Part shown: piece by piece, positions 6,579 to 6,898 of the stretch | Layout of the letters: every line of letters starts with the position of its first letter | How positions within the stretch are numbered: the first letter of the stretch is position 1 | DNA from: Octopus sinensis | Lineage: Eukaryota | Length of the DNA: 6,898 bases | Direction of reading: 5' to 3' | Assembly: GCF_006345805.1 (NCBI RefSeq) | Contig: NW_021829028.1 | Span: forward strand, 1-6,898 | Program-made: the position numbers and the translations under genes | The notes under the pieces: model-generated | Seen by the model: the letters and a program-made list of their open reading frames with translations, nothing else | The model's database searches: none | Told to the model about the DNA's origin: nothing

Positions 6579-6864
6579 TATTCTCTTTTACTTGTTTCAA
6601 TCCTTAGACTGTGTCTATTCTGGAGCACTAAAATCCTTGAACGATTTTAATTTAGTGAATTGCTTTCAGTAATTAATTATATTTAAAACCTGGTACTTAT
6701 TCTATCAGTCTCTTTTGCCAAACCACTAAGTTACACAGCCATAAGCAAACCAATACTGGTTGTCAAGCAGTGGTGGGGGACCAATACACACACAACACAC
6801 ATGCACACACACACACATATACAAGACAGGCTTCTTTCAGTATCTGTCTACCATATCTACTTAC
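6579..6864 (-). mobile_element. tRNA-derived SINE (type 1), 5'-truncated, inverted
   Basis: Reverse complement of the tail (CTTTTACTTGTTTCAATCCTTAGACTGTG..CTGGAGCAC), body (6749-6767 is the exact reverse complement of 1146-1164) and central domain (GGCTTCTTTCAGTATCTGTCTACCA). Confidence 0.88.
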
Positions 6865-6898
6865 TTTGTAATAAATTGATGCCAGGACTTATTCTTTG
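6865..6898 (-). mobile_element. Fragment of a further inverted SINE copy running off the window end
   Basis: AAATTGATGCCAGGACTTATTCTTTG resembles the reverse complement of CAAAGAATAAGTTCTGGGGTCGATTT (2626-2652). Confidence 0.6.

Noticed and set aside
5248-6672. The cluster of ORFs rich in Y/I/C/V/H/T/E/R/L/S, including the 150-aa hydrophobic ORF
   Set aside because: All are translations of di- and trinucleotide repeats or purine tracts.
1-6898. CRISPR array or prokaryotic operon/defence system
   Set aside because: There are no regularly spaced repeat-spacer units and no long ORFs; the composition and repeats are those of an animal genome.

Overview
AT-rich, repeat-dense eukaryotic DNA. The SINE sequences and microsatellite load look like an octopus/coleoid cephalopod genome (my recognition, not a database result). 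The window is most likely intronic: one well-formed 58-nt coding exon candidate lies on + (5214-5271, FQTYWHLVNVPFTEVVELK, product not recognised). Around it are several decayed tRNA-derived SINE copies in both orientations with two different tail types, a 566-bp internally deleted mariner (TIRs, TA target duplication, broken transposase) sitting in the TA tail of a decayed LINE-like zinc-finger 3' fragment, a degenerate ~30-bp minisatellite split by insertions, and long compound microsatellites. Nearly all supplied ORFs are microsatellite or repeat artefacts. I see no convincing novel multi-gene system; the interesting points are the structure and nesting of the mobile elements and their possible RNA-level effects on the exon.
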